This document shows, one piece after another, positions 11,455-21,887 of a stretch of DNA of 64,000 nucleotides. The stretch is taken from positions 13,789 through 77,788 of the IMG/VR virus record IMGVR_UViG_3300025276_000027. One strand, 5' to 3'. The DNA is from a virus. Within the stretch, counting starts at the first letter, position 1. Each line of letters opens with the position of its first letter. Under the pieces are notes generated by a model. The model made no database searches. It saw nothing but the letters and a program-made list of their open reading frames with translations, and had not been told where the DNA came from. The position numbers and the translations under genes were made by a program.

Positions 11455-14400
11455 TTATTTTATACCGTATTCCTTTTGATCTTTATCTCTAGCTAATCTG
11501 TTTTGTGTTCTTATACTTACAAAGTAATTATGTAATGAATTTATTTGAGAATCCATACCTCTTACTCCCAACTCCATATCTACAGGTTGTGTAAACTCAG
11601 AAGATGTGTATGTACCTCCTAATTTAGTTTCCGGATTATAAGGAACATATGTATTAACTGTATAATTAACCATATATTTATTATTATTTACTCTTGAAAC
11701 TCTATAGTTAGCTGTAGGTGTTATCATATCAGGAACTGTATAATCTGCATATCCATTTTCACTAGTTATTATATCTGTATTAATAGCAGAATAATAAGAA
11801 TTCCTTTCTGCCTTAACATTTATATCTTCTGATTGATTAAATAAAAATGTTATACCATCAGTACTCATTTTTGCAATATCATCTGTAGTTAATGCACCAT
11901 ATTGATCACTTACATCTGCACCTCCTTTTTTCTTTGAAGCTCCCCATTCTTTATTTGGCATAATTTTATATCCAAATGTTACTTTATTACCATCTTGAGA
12001 TCTACCAAGTATAGGTTTGTATTCAAATCTGCTTTTAGGTGTAGTTGCATTTGAATTAGATCTTTTAGGATTATTATAAGCAGTGTTTAAATCTTCTCTA
12101 TAAAGATTCCATATTTTTGTAGCAATAGGATCATCCTTAAATAATTCATCACTGTCTAAGTTATCTATAGAACCTGTAAAAAGACCATAAGGTTTTCCAG
12201 ATAAATCCATTTCTTTAATTTGATCTAATAAATTACCTAGCTCTGCATCTGCTTGTGGATTATTTACTAATGGATTAAGAGTATAACTATATGTAGGTGA
12301 CATTTGTAATCCATCTGAACTATCACCATAACCAGCTAATAAAGAATCTACTGTACCGGTAGCTAGATCTCCCTGTGTTCCTATTAATCCCTGTTGAAAT
12401 AAAGTATACAATTTATCATAGTATTCATTAGCTTCAGATCTAATTTCGTCTTCATCAAATCCTATCATGTGATTACCCTGAGCATCCGTTAGAGGAACTG
12501 TTAAAGTTGAAGTACTATAATTACTACCTGTATAATTTGGATTAGGTACTTCTTTATATAAATACTTTTTATATTTTTCATTTTCATTTCCATCCCATCC
12601 CCATAGATCTGGATTTTTTATTTCTCCAGCATCTATTCTTTCTTTTACTAATTCATAGTATTCTGCTTTGGGTATAATCTGATTTTGATCATTCATAATA
12701 GTTGGAAAACCAGCATCAGCAAGAATTTTAGCATTTTTATCAAATCCTGATTCACCTCTGCTTTCTAAATTAGCTTTCATAAGATCATATGTCTCCCTAT
12801 GATTTCCAAGTACTGTAGTCATTGCTGCATTTAATCCTAACATTTGAGTATTAGTACTATTTTCAGGACCAACCATATTATTATATAAATCTTGATATGG
12901 TGCAAATGATGCATCATTACCTGTTAAATTTGCATTTTGCTTAGTTTGGTTATATGTATTAATAAAAGCATCTCTAGTTTTAGTATATAAACCTGATACT
13001 AAAGATCTGTTTGCATACCCAGCAATTTTAGCATCTTCACCTTCACCTTCTATTATAGGTGCCATGAGTTTTTCTCTAATTTTCTCAATGGTTCCTCTAA
13101 ACTCCACTTCTTTACCATCTTGCATTATAGTAACACCCCATTTACCATCTTGAGCAGCATCATCACCTCTAGGGTTTATTATCATTTTAGCATCTAAAAT
13201 ATTATTTACTTGTCTTTCAAATAAACTATTATCTCTACGTAAAAATGCATCATTATTCATTATAGTAACATCAGTATCTGGATCAATTTCTCCTTTGCTA
13301 TCTACTGCTACCTGAAGTGAATCACTATCACCAAAACGTGTACTTGTTCCTTTTAATTTATTACCTATTGAGTTTGGATCTCCATCTACTATTTCTCCTT
13401 TTGCTGCTGCTAAAGCTCTAGCATCCTTAGCTTTTTGAGCTTGTAAGATCAATCCATTTCTTGCATTAGCTCTTATCTTAGCCATGTCATACATCTGTTG
13501 CTTTTCTTGTTTAGCATATTCATTGACCCTCATAGTATACTCTTGATCACGTGCACCAAAATTAACAGCTGCTTTTTTCATGTCACCACTTATATTGTAG
13601 TTCATTAACATGTTATATGCTTTATTAAGTGTTCCCTGTGAACTCTTTGATGGCGTATTACCAATACTTTGTAAATTTACCTTAGCATCTAATGCAGCTT
13701 GCATTGCTTCAGCAGCACTTAATTGTTCTTCCATTGCTTGTTCTAACTCAGAACCAGGAACAATACCATTATTTGCTTTATAATTTTGCCAATTTACATT
13801 AGCATTCTCTGCTTTTTTTAATTCTTTAGTTGCCTGTTGAATTAAAGGTTCATTTAATGTATTAATTCTTTCAATAGTTTCTTGTGCCCAGGTATCTTGT
13901 CCTTGTTGAACTGATGAAAATTGACCTGCTTGCATACCTTGTGCTGCAAAATTTCTACTTTTAACAAATGCATCTTCTTGATATGCTCTTTGAACTGTAG
14001 GATTATCTAATAATGCTGATTGTACAGCTTGTAATGCTGCTCCTGTAATTAATCTACCATTTTGTTCAGTTATAATCCAATCTGTATTTGCAGTACCATC
14101 TGCATTTTCCCCATAATGATCTACTTTCATTTTAAGAGGGGGATCCATACCTTCTAAATATTCGGTTGCTAACTCAAATAAGTCTGCATCTTGTATATAC
14201 TTTGGTAATTGTGCTTGTAAAGCTTGCTGCTCAGACCCATTTATAAAATCATTCATTCTATATTGCATTCCTTGTATACCAGTTTCCCAGTATTTTTCAT
14301 GCATTGCTGTGTCTGTAGAATCAAGCAATCTATTGGCATAAGCCATTTCATCTCTATATTTAGATGTAAACACAATATCCTTAACAGTTAAATCATCTTG

Positions 14401-14700
14401 ATAAAAAGGTGCAAATACACTTTGTGCACTAGCAGCATTTTGCTGTAATGATAAATCCATCCCTGATATCTTTTCTATTTGTGGTCCTATCTGATCTGCA
14501 AATTGATCTCTTCGTTCTTTTGTATCTTCTCTAGATAAATCTGCATATACAACTTTATTGTATATATCATTTGTTGCTTTAAAATTAGCATCATACTTAT
14601 CAGTTCTGGTTTCTAAAACAGCTGATAAAAATTTATAGTCTGGAGTAAACGGTTTAATATCCGGTACGTAAGATTTGCTTCCTTTAATGTATGTTGCCAT
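11455..14700 (-). CDS. Large head cargo / ejection protein (1081 aa)
   Basis: Largely helical N-half starting MATYIKGSKSYVPDIKPFTPD...KYD. Sits immediately upstream of the vRNAP gene in the cargo cluster, as in crAss-like phages. Confidence 0.6.
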   Translation of the reverse strand: MATYIKGSKSYVPDIKPFTPDYKFLSAVLETRTDKYDANFKATNDIYNKVVYADLSREDTKERRDQFADQIGPQIEKISGMDLSLQQNAASAQSVFAPFYQDDLTVKDIVFTSKYRDEMAYANRLLDSTDTAMHEKYWETGIQGMQYRMNDFINGSEQQALQAQLPKYIQDADLFELATEYLEGMDPPLKMKVDHYGENADGTANTDWIITEQNGRLITGAALQAVQSALLDNPTVQRAYQEDAFVKSRNFAAQGMQAGQFSSVQQGQDTWAQETIERINTLNEPLIQQATKELKKAENANVNWQNYKANNGIVPGSELEQAMEEQLSAAEAMQAALDAKVNLQSIGNTPSKSSQGTLNKAYNMLMNYNISGDMKKAAVNFGARDQEYTMRVNEYAKQEKQQMYDMAKIRANARNGLILQAQKAKDARALAAAKGEIVDGDPNSIGNKLKGTSTRFGDSDSLQVAVDSKGEIDPDTDVTIMNNDAFLRRDNSLFERQVNNILDAKMIINPRGDDAAQDGKWGVTIMQDGKEVEFRGTIEKIREKLMAPIIEGEGEDAKIAGYANRSLVSGLYTKTRDAFINTYNQTKQNANLTGNDASFAPYQDLYNNMVGPENSTNTQMLGLNAAMTTVLGNHRETYDLMKANLESRGESGFDKNAKILADAGFPTIMNDQNQIIPKAEYYELVKERIDAGEIKNPDLWGWDGNENEKYKKYLYKEVPNPNYTGSNYSTSTLTVPLTDAQGNHMIGFDEDEIRSEANEYYDKLYTLFQQGLIGTQGDLATGTVDSLLAGYGDSSDGLQMSPTYSYTLNPLVNNPQADAELGNLLDQIKEMDLSGKPYGLFTGSIDNLDSDELFKDDPIATKIWNLYREDLNTAYNNPKRSNSNATTPKSRFEYKPILGRSQDGNKVTFGYKIMPNKEWGASKKKGGADVSDQYGALTTDDIAKMSTDGITFLFNQSEDINVKAERNSYYSAINTDIITSENGYADYTVPDMITPTANYRVSRVNNNKYMVNYTVNTYVPYNPETKLGGTYTSSEFTQPVDMELGVRGMDSQINSLHNYFVSIRTQNRLARDKDQKEYGIK

Positions 14701-14759
14701 AATTCAAAATTAATATAATTTAATAAGTTTACAAAGTATTCATTATAAACTGTTTAAGT

Positions 14760-17700
14760 TTACATACCCATCTTTCCACTATAAAATGGAAATGATTTTG
14801 GTAACTTTTTTATTTCTTTTCCTTTTTTAAGCTGTACATTTGATCCAGGATATCCAGGAATACCACGTTGTTGCATATCAGCTTGACCCTTTGTAGTTCC
14901 AATAGCAGGTATACTACTATTACCTAAAGATAAATACCTATCTAAAAAAGCAGCATCTATCTTTTGATCTGCCGGTAAATTCTTTCTTAGCTTAGTATAT
15001 GCATTTAAAAAAGCTTCTTGTTGATCTACCTGATTTGATTTGTATAATTGCTGACCATTTTCAGTAAACTCTACATCACCATCCTCTTGTGGGTTAATAT
15101 TATAATAAGGATATAATGTGTTTAAATTATTAGTAGTTGATGCATTAGTTATCATTGCATTAAAGAGTTCATTGTTTTTAGCAATTTTTTCATTGTCAAA
15201 ATTTGTTTTATTTTGCAATGCTAACACTGTATCATCATATAAACCTTTGTCAATAGCCTTATTTCTCATATCTGTTTGTGCTTTCATTTGAGCATCCATA
15301 GATGCAGCACGGTTCATGAATTGAAGGTTTGTTCTGTTTGTTGTCTCCTGTGCTTGTGTTATAGCATTTAAACTTTTTCCTTGAACATTATTTCTTGCTA
15401 TTGCTTGAGGACCACCATAAGCGCCTAATGCATTTACCATAGTGTTTTGTGCTCCCATGATTGCATTAACTTTACCAGTATAATCATCTAATACATAATC
15501 AATTTTCTGTTCATCAAGTTTAGGTGACCAAGGTAAATACAAATCATCTTGTATAGCTGCTAAAGCCATTAAGTTATTTTGATCTTGTCTCCATACTTCT
15601 TTTACAGGACCAGGTGTATTTTCTATCTCTGTAGTTGTAATCTTTTCTGGTTCTTTAGGTAAATCAATAAAGCCTTCTTGTTCTGCTACAAAGTCTACAT
15701 CAAATCCAGGAGCATTAAATACTTTTGTTCCCGCTTTTCCATCAGCCTTAGATGCAGTTTCCCCACTTCCAAAATAAGATCTATACGGTGCACCTACTTT
15801 TTTATAGAATTTCTTTCTTTCTTCTTCATATAAATTTTGAAACTTTAACCATTGAGGGTCTTTCTTTCCTTTATTATAATCAAAGCCTTCTATTTTTGCA
15901 GCTATCTTACCATTCCTTCTCATCCAATCTTCCTTGGCTGCATCTGATGCATATGCGTCTGAACCATACCAACTATCCTGATTACCTGTAGAATATTGTT
16001 TTACAGGTATTTTACCATCAGCGTACATCCCATAATCAAAATAACCTATATCTGATGAATTAATTACATCACCAGCACCCCTTTCATCATCACTATATAT
16101 TGGATCTCCTATTTCAGATGAACCAATTATATCTATTGATGTAGTATCTTCATTACCTTTTTTACCTTCAAAGTTAGAAGATGGTCCTTTATAATATCTT
16201 AATTTACCATCATCAGTTACATTAAATGTAAACCCTTGAGATTGTTTTTGTTTAATAAGGTTATAGGTATCACTTCCTACTGGAAAATATGACAATGGAT
16301 CACCACTATTATTAGATGATGGTTTTTGTTTTATTTCTTCTATGTTATTATTAACTTCAGTTATTACTTCTTCAGACTGAGTATTATTAACGCTACTATA
16401 AGTTTCATTAAATACTTCTTCTGTAATGCTTAAATCTCCAGTAGTATTCCTATTTTTATCATCAAACACATCATAATCTTCTATATTAACTAAAGCTTTA
16501 CCATACATTTTAATCTCATCATCAGATAAACCTTCTATAAATTCTGAACTTACTTCACCATCAAAATTTCTATGCATGTTACCTCTAATCATTCTATCAA
16601 CATATGCAGCTCTATCAACAGGTTGCCCATTTATTTGATAGTTTGTATTACCGGTTAGTACTTGTGAACCATCTGATAAATTCATAACAGTATCAGATGC
16701 ATTATTATTTTCTCCTACTGTTTCTTCTTCTGTTTCTAAACCTTCTTGTATTTGAGGTCTAACCAGTTTACCTTCACTATCAAAAGTAACTTGTTCTATT
16801 TCAACATATTCACCATCTTTAAACTGATAACCTTGACCTGTGTTTTTATTTAGATAATACTTACCTTCTTCAGCTAGTCTAGTTGGAGGTATAAAATATG
16901 TACCAGGTTCAGTGTTAAGAACTCTGAAACGTGCATCTTCTTCATCTACTGTTTCATATACTATTTCTTCACCTGCTTGTGCTCTCTTTAAAAAGTCTGA
17001 CATTTCATTACCAAACCTAGCCATAGGCATTATATCATTATTTGCTTGAGCAAGTTGCATTTGATTAGCAGAATCTATTGGTGGTGCTTGCATATTTTGT
17101 GGAGGCATAACTTCCTGTTGTTCAGATTGAGATATCATCTGCTGTAACATCCTTAACTGATCTTGTTCTTCTTGTGGTAATTTATCTATTGCATTTTGTT
17201 GAGCTTGCTGCATAGATATTTGTTCAACACTAGCTGTAAACTCTAATGGATTTAAACCTTGAGATACTAAAAAAGGATGTGATGCTAAAGGAACACCATC
17301 CTCAAAATTCTTTTTTGCTTCTTGCATAAAAGATAATTTAGAAAGATCCTCCATGTTTTTCTTTAACATTAATTCAGCACTTCTAGAAGAAATGTTATCT
17401 GAAAATTGTGAATTTAGTTCACCATAAAAATCATTTAATCCAAACTTTTTAGAAATTTTAGCTGGTGTCTTTTTAGATCCACCCATATCAAACTCAGCCA
17501 TCTCATTTTTAGTAAATTTTAATTTAGGTGTATCAGAATAAATAAAAGACTGTTCAGGTAAAAACATAGGTACACCACCTTGTGAGTGTCTTGGACCTGT
17601 AATGTTATAAAGACCAAAGTCTCCATTGTTATTTAAATCAGATAAAACTGTTTCTCCACCTTCAGCTTCTATATTAGCCTCATCTCTTGGAACACTAGAT

Positions 17701-17900
17701 AAACTATGTCTAACAGATTCATCATTTGTATTATTAAACATTGTTTGTCCATAATATTCTTGTGGGGTTGTTACCAAACCATAATCAGCTTGATCACCAG
17801 ATCTTAAACTGCCACCATCTTGCATTACTTGATCTTCAACAACTTTGCCGTCAACAAGTTTAAATCCTTTTGGTAGTTTATTTATTTTAATCTTTGCCAT
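14760..17900 (-). CDS. Head cargo protein (1046 aa) with crAss-type EAEGGE...GPRHSQGGV...IYSD domain
   Basis: NIEAEGGETV / GPRHSQGGVPM / FIYSD motif set as seen in crAss-like virion proteins. Q-rich linkers, helical C-terminal region and xxGG motifs. Confidence 0.6.
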   Translation of the reverse strand: MAKIKINKLPKGFKLVDGKVVEDQVMQDGGSLRSGDQADYGLVTTPQEYYGQTMFNNTNDESVRHSLSSVPRDEANIEAEGGETVLSDLNNNGDFGLYNITGPRHSQGGVPMFLPEQSFIYSDTPKLKFTKNEMAEFDMGGSKKTPAKISKKFGLNDFYGELNSQFSDNISSRSAELMLKKNMEDLSKLSFMQEAKKNFEDGVPLASHPFLVSQGLNPLEFTASVEQISMQQAQQNAIDKLPQEEQDQLRMLQQMISQSEQQEVMPPQNMQAPPIDSANQMQLAQANNDIMPMARFGNEMSDFLKRAQAGEEIVYETVDEEDARFRVLNTEPGTYFIPPTRLAEEGKYYLNKNTGQGYQFKDGEYVEIEQVTFDSEGKLVRPQIQEGLETEEETVGENNNASDTVMNLSDGSQVLTGNTNYQINGQPVDRAAYVDRMIRGNMHRNFDGEVSSEFIEGLSDDEIKMYGKALVNIEDYDVFDDKNRNTTGDLSITEEVFNETYSSVNNTQSEEVITEVNNNIEEIKQKPSSNNSGDPLSYFPVGSDTYNLIKQKQSQGFTFNVTDDGKLRYYKGPSSNFEGKKGNEDTTSIDIIGSSEIGDPIYSDDERGAGDVINSSDIGYFDYGMYADGKIPVKQYSTGNQDSWYGSDAYASDAAKEDWMRRNGKIAAKIEGFDYNKGKKDPQWLKFQNLYEEERKKFYKKVGAPYRSYFGSGETASKADGKAGTKVFNAPGFDVDFVAEQEGFIDLPKEPEKITTTEIENTPGPVKEVWRQDQNNLMALAAIQDDLYLPWSPKLDEQKIDYVLDDYTGKVNAIMGAQNTMVNALGAYGGPQAIARNNVQGKSLNAITQAQETTNRTNLQFMNRAASMDAQMKAQTDMRNKAIDKGLYDDTVLALQNKTNFDNEKIAKNNELFNAMITNASTTNNLNTLYPYYNINPQEDGDVEFTENGQQLYKSNQVDQQEAFLNAYTKLRKNLPADQKIDAAFLDRYLSLGNSSIPAIGTTKGQADMQQRGIPGYPGSNVQLKKGKEIKKLPKSFPFYSGKMGM

Positions 17901-17902
17901 AA

Positions 17903-20900
17903 CTATAACATTTCTATATCAGCTCCCGCTGCAATTAATTTAGCTAACATTTTAGGATCTACATTTACTGTCTCTCCTCCTTTTTTTAACCCTTTCAATT
18001 TCATTGCTTGTCTAATACCAAATTTTGTTATTCCACTAGCATCATCATAAAAAGGTTGTTCATAAACATAATCTCTTACTTCTTCTTTATTTATACCTGA
18101 TTCTTCTAAATATTTTTTAATATCTCTTTTCTTAACGTTACTAAAGAAGTCTATACCTTCACTAATACTGCCAATATTCTGTGCTTCATTATAAATATTA
18201 ATAATTTCTTCCTCACTTCCAGGAGATAAGTTAAGTAATTTTTGCATCATAGGATTAGCCATCATACCACTACCTAATACAGTTGCTAAATTAGAACTAC
18301 CAGGTATTCCTCCCTGAGCTTTAGATAGTTCTCTTTGTATAACTTTATTTCTATTAGCTAAGTAAGCAGCCTCACCTCTTTCACCACCATATTCATTCTT
18401 TGGAAGCATCTTTAACTTAGATAAATTATCTTTTAAAGACATTTCAAGCGGCTCAATACCCATTGGTTCAAGAGTACTTATAGATTCAGGTGGTATAAAA
18501 AATTTACCAGAATCTAATTCAGATTGTAAACCAGCTAATTTATCATTTAAATTATTTGTTGAGCCAACATATCTTGTTACTCTTAGTCCTGAATTAGGAT
18601 CACTAGTATCTTGAATACCCTTTATTGCATTTAAAGATCTATAGTTAACACCACCATCTACTCTACCACCACTATTTTCCATCATTATAGGAGAACCACT
18701 TTCATCATAATCTCCAGTAAATATCATTGTGTGAGCATTTCCCTCTCCACCAGAAGTACTATAATTAGATACAATTCTATCACCCGGTTGTAAATCTGAA
18801 TATCCAGCATCCATCAATTGCATTTGTAATCCACCTCTATTATTTTCAATCATACCATTTAATTGACTGTTACCAGAAATAATTGGAATTGGTTTGCCAT
18901 CAGCAGTTGTTGCACCTGCTGATCTCATTATACCACAACCATAACTTGTACACCCATAACCAGCAGTTGTACCACTTTTTAACCAATTTCTAGTTACTGA
19001 AGGTACGGTATCTAACCCAGATACCTTGTCTCCATACTCGTCCACACTTACATCAAATATAGAACGTTTAATAGTACTATCATCTCCTAGTATCTCTGTT
19101 AGTTGCTTTTGAATTTCTTCATCATTTTCTCCTTCTTTACTAGTTATAAGTCCACGGTATATTTTATCAATGTTTGATTGATAGCTTAAAAGTCTTTCTT
19201 GTTCTGTAGTAAGCTGACCTTGTGTTGCTGCAATCTCTGCTTCAATCATTGCTTTAGTTCTACGATTATTTAGAGGCGTTTCACCTTTCACTTGATATTC
19301 TTCTAAATCACCTGTAAAAAGTTTTAATGGATTAAATGGATTACCACCCATTTGCATTCTTTTCTGAAAATTGTCTAACTCAAAGTTTTCAGACTGTGAT
19401 GGTAATTGCATTAGTTGTGAATTATTAAATAATCTAGTAACTAACATTTTATCATATGAAGAATCTTTCTTAAAGTTTGGTAATTGAAAATCTACTGATT
19501 GTTCTGCTAAAGATGTTAAGAATTCATACTGTGGAGTCATTGGTACAAACTCTATTTCATTAGCTCCTGTAATAGCATCTAATTGTGCTTTAGTTGGCAT
19601 ACCTGGTATCTGTTGTCCAGGAACACCCCCACGTTGCATGTTTTGTAATATGTTTGCTTGTGCTTCTGGGGGCAATGCTTTAAATCCAGCATTATTTGTA
19701 CCACCACCATACTTTGATAGTTGAGTATATCCAGTTACTTTATCTGCTTCAGGATATAGACCGCTGTTAATATCAGGGCCTTTACCTCTTTTAAATAAAG
19801 GATCGGTTGAAGTAGCATATGTGTTATCCGCATTTAAGTTGTTTAAAAAATTAATTGCTCTATCATCATCAATCTCATCTTCTAAATAATCATTAACGTT
19901 ACTTGCTGCTCTTACTGCAAAAGAACTACCTCTTTTTGCAGCTTTTGCAAACGCTGTATCTGGGAATCTAGATATTCCTCCTAGTATACCACCTGAATCA
20001 ATATCTATACTTGGAAAGTTTATATTACCAAATAATGAATCAGCACTCTCTTGATCTTCATCTTCACCTGTTTCCAAAACACTAAAAGTATTTACATATG
20101 CTTCATACTCTTGTGGTGCATTAGCACCAGTTCTCCTAACAGTATCTTGCATAACCCACTCTTTAAAAGTTAATGGTTGCCCACCATTTTGAGCCATGGG
20201 TATTGAACTAAAACCAGGAGTGTTAATTATAGCATCATATGTACTTTGTGCTGATGTACCTAATTTACTAAGATTTTCCTTAAGCCAATCTTTGCCTTTA
20301 TTTAGTTTGCTATTTATATCATTCTGATTAATCTGCACCTTATCTTTAAGGTTAGGTAAATTACCTCCGTTTGGATTTTCTATATTATATTGTGTTAAAT
20401 AATCATTTACAGCCTTTACATTTTCTTCTGAATCATCTACATTTATATTATAAACTGAATTAGCATATTTATTTGCTTGATTAGCTGCAGCATCTGCTGC
20501 TAAAGTATCAGGAGCACTTTGTATACCAGTAAATAATTCTCCTGCTAAACCAACTGCTTCACCAAAAGACCATCTTTTTCCACTATGAAACATATTAGGT
20601 GAAACATAAAAAGGATTTGTAACATCACCATTATCTACTTTTACCTCTTCTTTATTTATTACATCTCCCTTATTATTTTTTATAACAGTATTACCTTTGT
20701 TAGCAAATTGATTAGCTAAATCAAGTATTTCTTGGCCTGTTTCTGCTTTATCAGTATAGCCAGCTTCTTCAAGTCTAAGTTGTGTTTCTATATCCTTAGC
20801 TCTTATCTTTCTTTTACCCTTATACATAAAGCGTGGTTCAAACGCACCACCTGCTTTAAATTGAAGTTCTTCAGATTCAGGAGGAAATAATGGTTTATCT

Positions 20901-21826
20901 TTTTTTGATGGATTTATTAAAGGTAAATTTTTATAAACTTGTTTTAAAGAATCCACCTCAGATTGTCTAGGATATATATTGTCACTAAACATATTATTAT
21001 CTTTGTCTTCCCATTCACGCTTAAGGTTTTGTGCATTCCTCCAATTTTGATATTGTGTTGGAAATTGTTGTTCTTTACTTGCGTTATTTTGATTTATTAT
21101 ATTTTGTTCAGCATCAGTATTACCAAATTGATTTACTGCAGGTGAAGAACCACCTTGTTGTTTAAATCTTGGATCTAAAGTGTACTTTCTATTAGGGGCA
21201 TTATAAGAACCTTCTCTTTGTCTTACTCCTTCTGTATAGCCTGTTCCTCCACCTTCTTGTTTTTTAAACTTAGCAGCATTCTTTGCAAAATTAGCCATCT
21301 TAACTATAGATGGGGGGTATCTATCTTTATTAGACATAACCTTCCTAGCTGCTTCTTGAACGCTCATACCACGTGCCTTAGCCCATGCTGTAAACTTACC
21401 TTTATTTTCAGGTTTAATCTCTATCCCAGATTTAGCCATTTCAACAGGATCTATATTTATATCTAATCCTTCTTGTCCTTCTTGTATGTCTTGTTGTCTT
21501 GCTAACTGTTGAGGGTCTTGATTTATTTGTTGAGGTGTTGGATCAGCAGGTTGTTGTTGTTGTTGAATATTTTGAAATAAAAGTTCTAGATCTTTCTCTT
21601 GATAACCTATTGCCATAAGTGCTTGTACAATAGTATTTTGATCTACTTCTTGTTCAATTAACCCCATTACAACTTCTTCAGGTTTACCTCCTTGGTCAAT
21701 GGATTCTTTAAAAAACATGCTAATTTGTTGAATAGCAGGATCAACCTTTGGTTGTTGTTGCATACCAGGTTGTTGAGGAATCATTTGTCCACCTTGCTGT
21801 TTTACACTTTTTTTGTTTAAATCCAT
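17903..21826 (-). CDS. Modular head cargo protein (1307 aa) with NlpC/P60-like Cys-His domain and 11 xxGG motifs
   Basis: GCTSYGCGIM...LQPGDRIV...AHTMIFTG...MMENSGG (about 18560-18990). IKPENKGKFT...ANFAKNA basic module. Q-rich N-terminus. Confidence 0.65.
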   Translation of the reverse strand: MDLNKKSVKQQGGQMIPQQPGMQQQPKVDPAIQQISMFFKESIDQGGKPEEVVMGLIEQEVDQNTIVQALMAIGYQEKDLELLFQNIQQQQQPADPTPQQINQDPQQLARQQDIQEGQEGLDINIDPVEMAKSGIEIKPENKGKFTAWAKARGMSVQEAARKVMSNKDRYPPSIVKMANFAKNAAKFKKQEGGGTGYTEGVRQREGSYNAPNRKYTLDPRFKQQGGSSPAVNQFGNTDAEQNIINQNNASKEQQFPTQYQNWRNAQNLKREWEDKDNNMFSDNIYPRQSEVDSLKQVYKNLPLINPSKKDKPLFPPESEELQFKAGGAFEPRFMYKGKRKIRAKDIETQLRLEEAGYTDKAETGQEILDLANQFANKGNTVIKNNKGDVINKEEVKVDNGDVTNPFYVSPNMFHSGKRWSFGEAVGLAGELFTGIQSAPDTLAADAAANQANKYANSVYNINVDDSEENVKAVNDYLTQYNIENPNGGNLPNLKDKVQINQNDINSKLNKGKDWLKENLSKLGTSAQSTYDAIINTPGFSSIPMAQNGGQPLTFKEWVMQDTVRRTGANAPQEYEAYVNTFSVLETGEDEDQESADSLFGNINFPSIDIDSGGILGGISRFPDTAFAKAAKRGSSFAVRAASNVNDYLEDEIDDDRAINFLNNLNADNTYATSTDPLFKRGKGPDINSGLYPEADKVTGYTQLSKYGGGTNNAGFKALPPEAQANILQNMQRGGVPGQQIPGMPTKAQLDAITGANEIEFVPMTPQYEFLTSLAEQSVDFQLPNFKKDSSYDKMLVTRLFNNSQLMQLPSQSENFELDNFQKRMQMGGNPFNPLKLFTGDLEEYQVKGETPLNNRRTKAMIEAEIAATQGQLTTEQERLLSYQSNIDKIYRGLITSKEGENDEEIQKQLTEILGDDSTIKRSIFDVSVDEYGDKVSGLDTVPSVTRNWLKSGTTAGYGCTSYGCGIMRSAGATTADGKPIPIISGNSQLNGMIENNRGGLQMQLMDAGYSDLQPGDRIVSNYSTSGGEGNAHTMIFTGDYDESGSPIMMENSGGRVDGGVNYRSLNAIKGIQDTSDPNSGLRVTRYVGSTNNLNDKLAGLQSELDSGKFFIPPESISTLEPMGIEPLEMSLKDNLSKLKMLPKNEYGGERGEAAYLANRNKVIQRELSKAQGGIPGSSNLATVLGSGMMANPMMQKLLNLSPGSEEEIINIYNEAQNIGSISEGIDFFSNVKKRDIKKYLEESGINKEEVRDYVYEQPFYDDASGITKFGIRQAMKLKGLKKGGETVNVDPKMLAKLIAAGADIEML

Positions 21827-21845
21827 TTCACTAATATTATATTAT

Positions 21846-21856
21846 TAATATACAAA
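21846..21856 (-). promoter_or_regulatory. TTTGTATATTA putative late promoter
   Basis: Exact copy, 19 nt upstream of the 1307-aa gene start. Confidence 0.6.
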
Positions 21857-21887
21857 TTCTCTAGGAGATTTGCTAATCTTTAAAGGT

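Noticed and set aside
17898-17905. Possible amber read-through joining the 1307-aa and 1046-aa cargo genes
   Set aside because: The next ATG is 2 nt after TAG, so it is out of frame.
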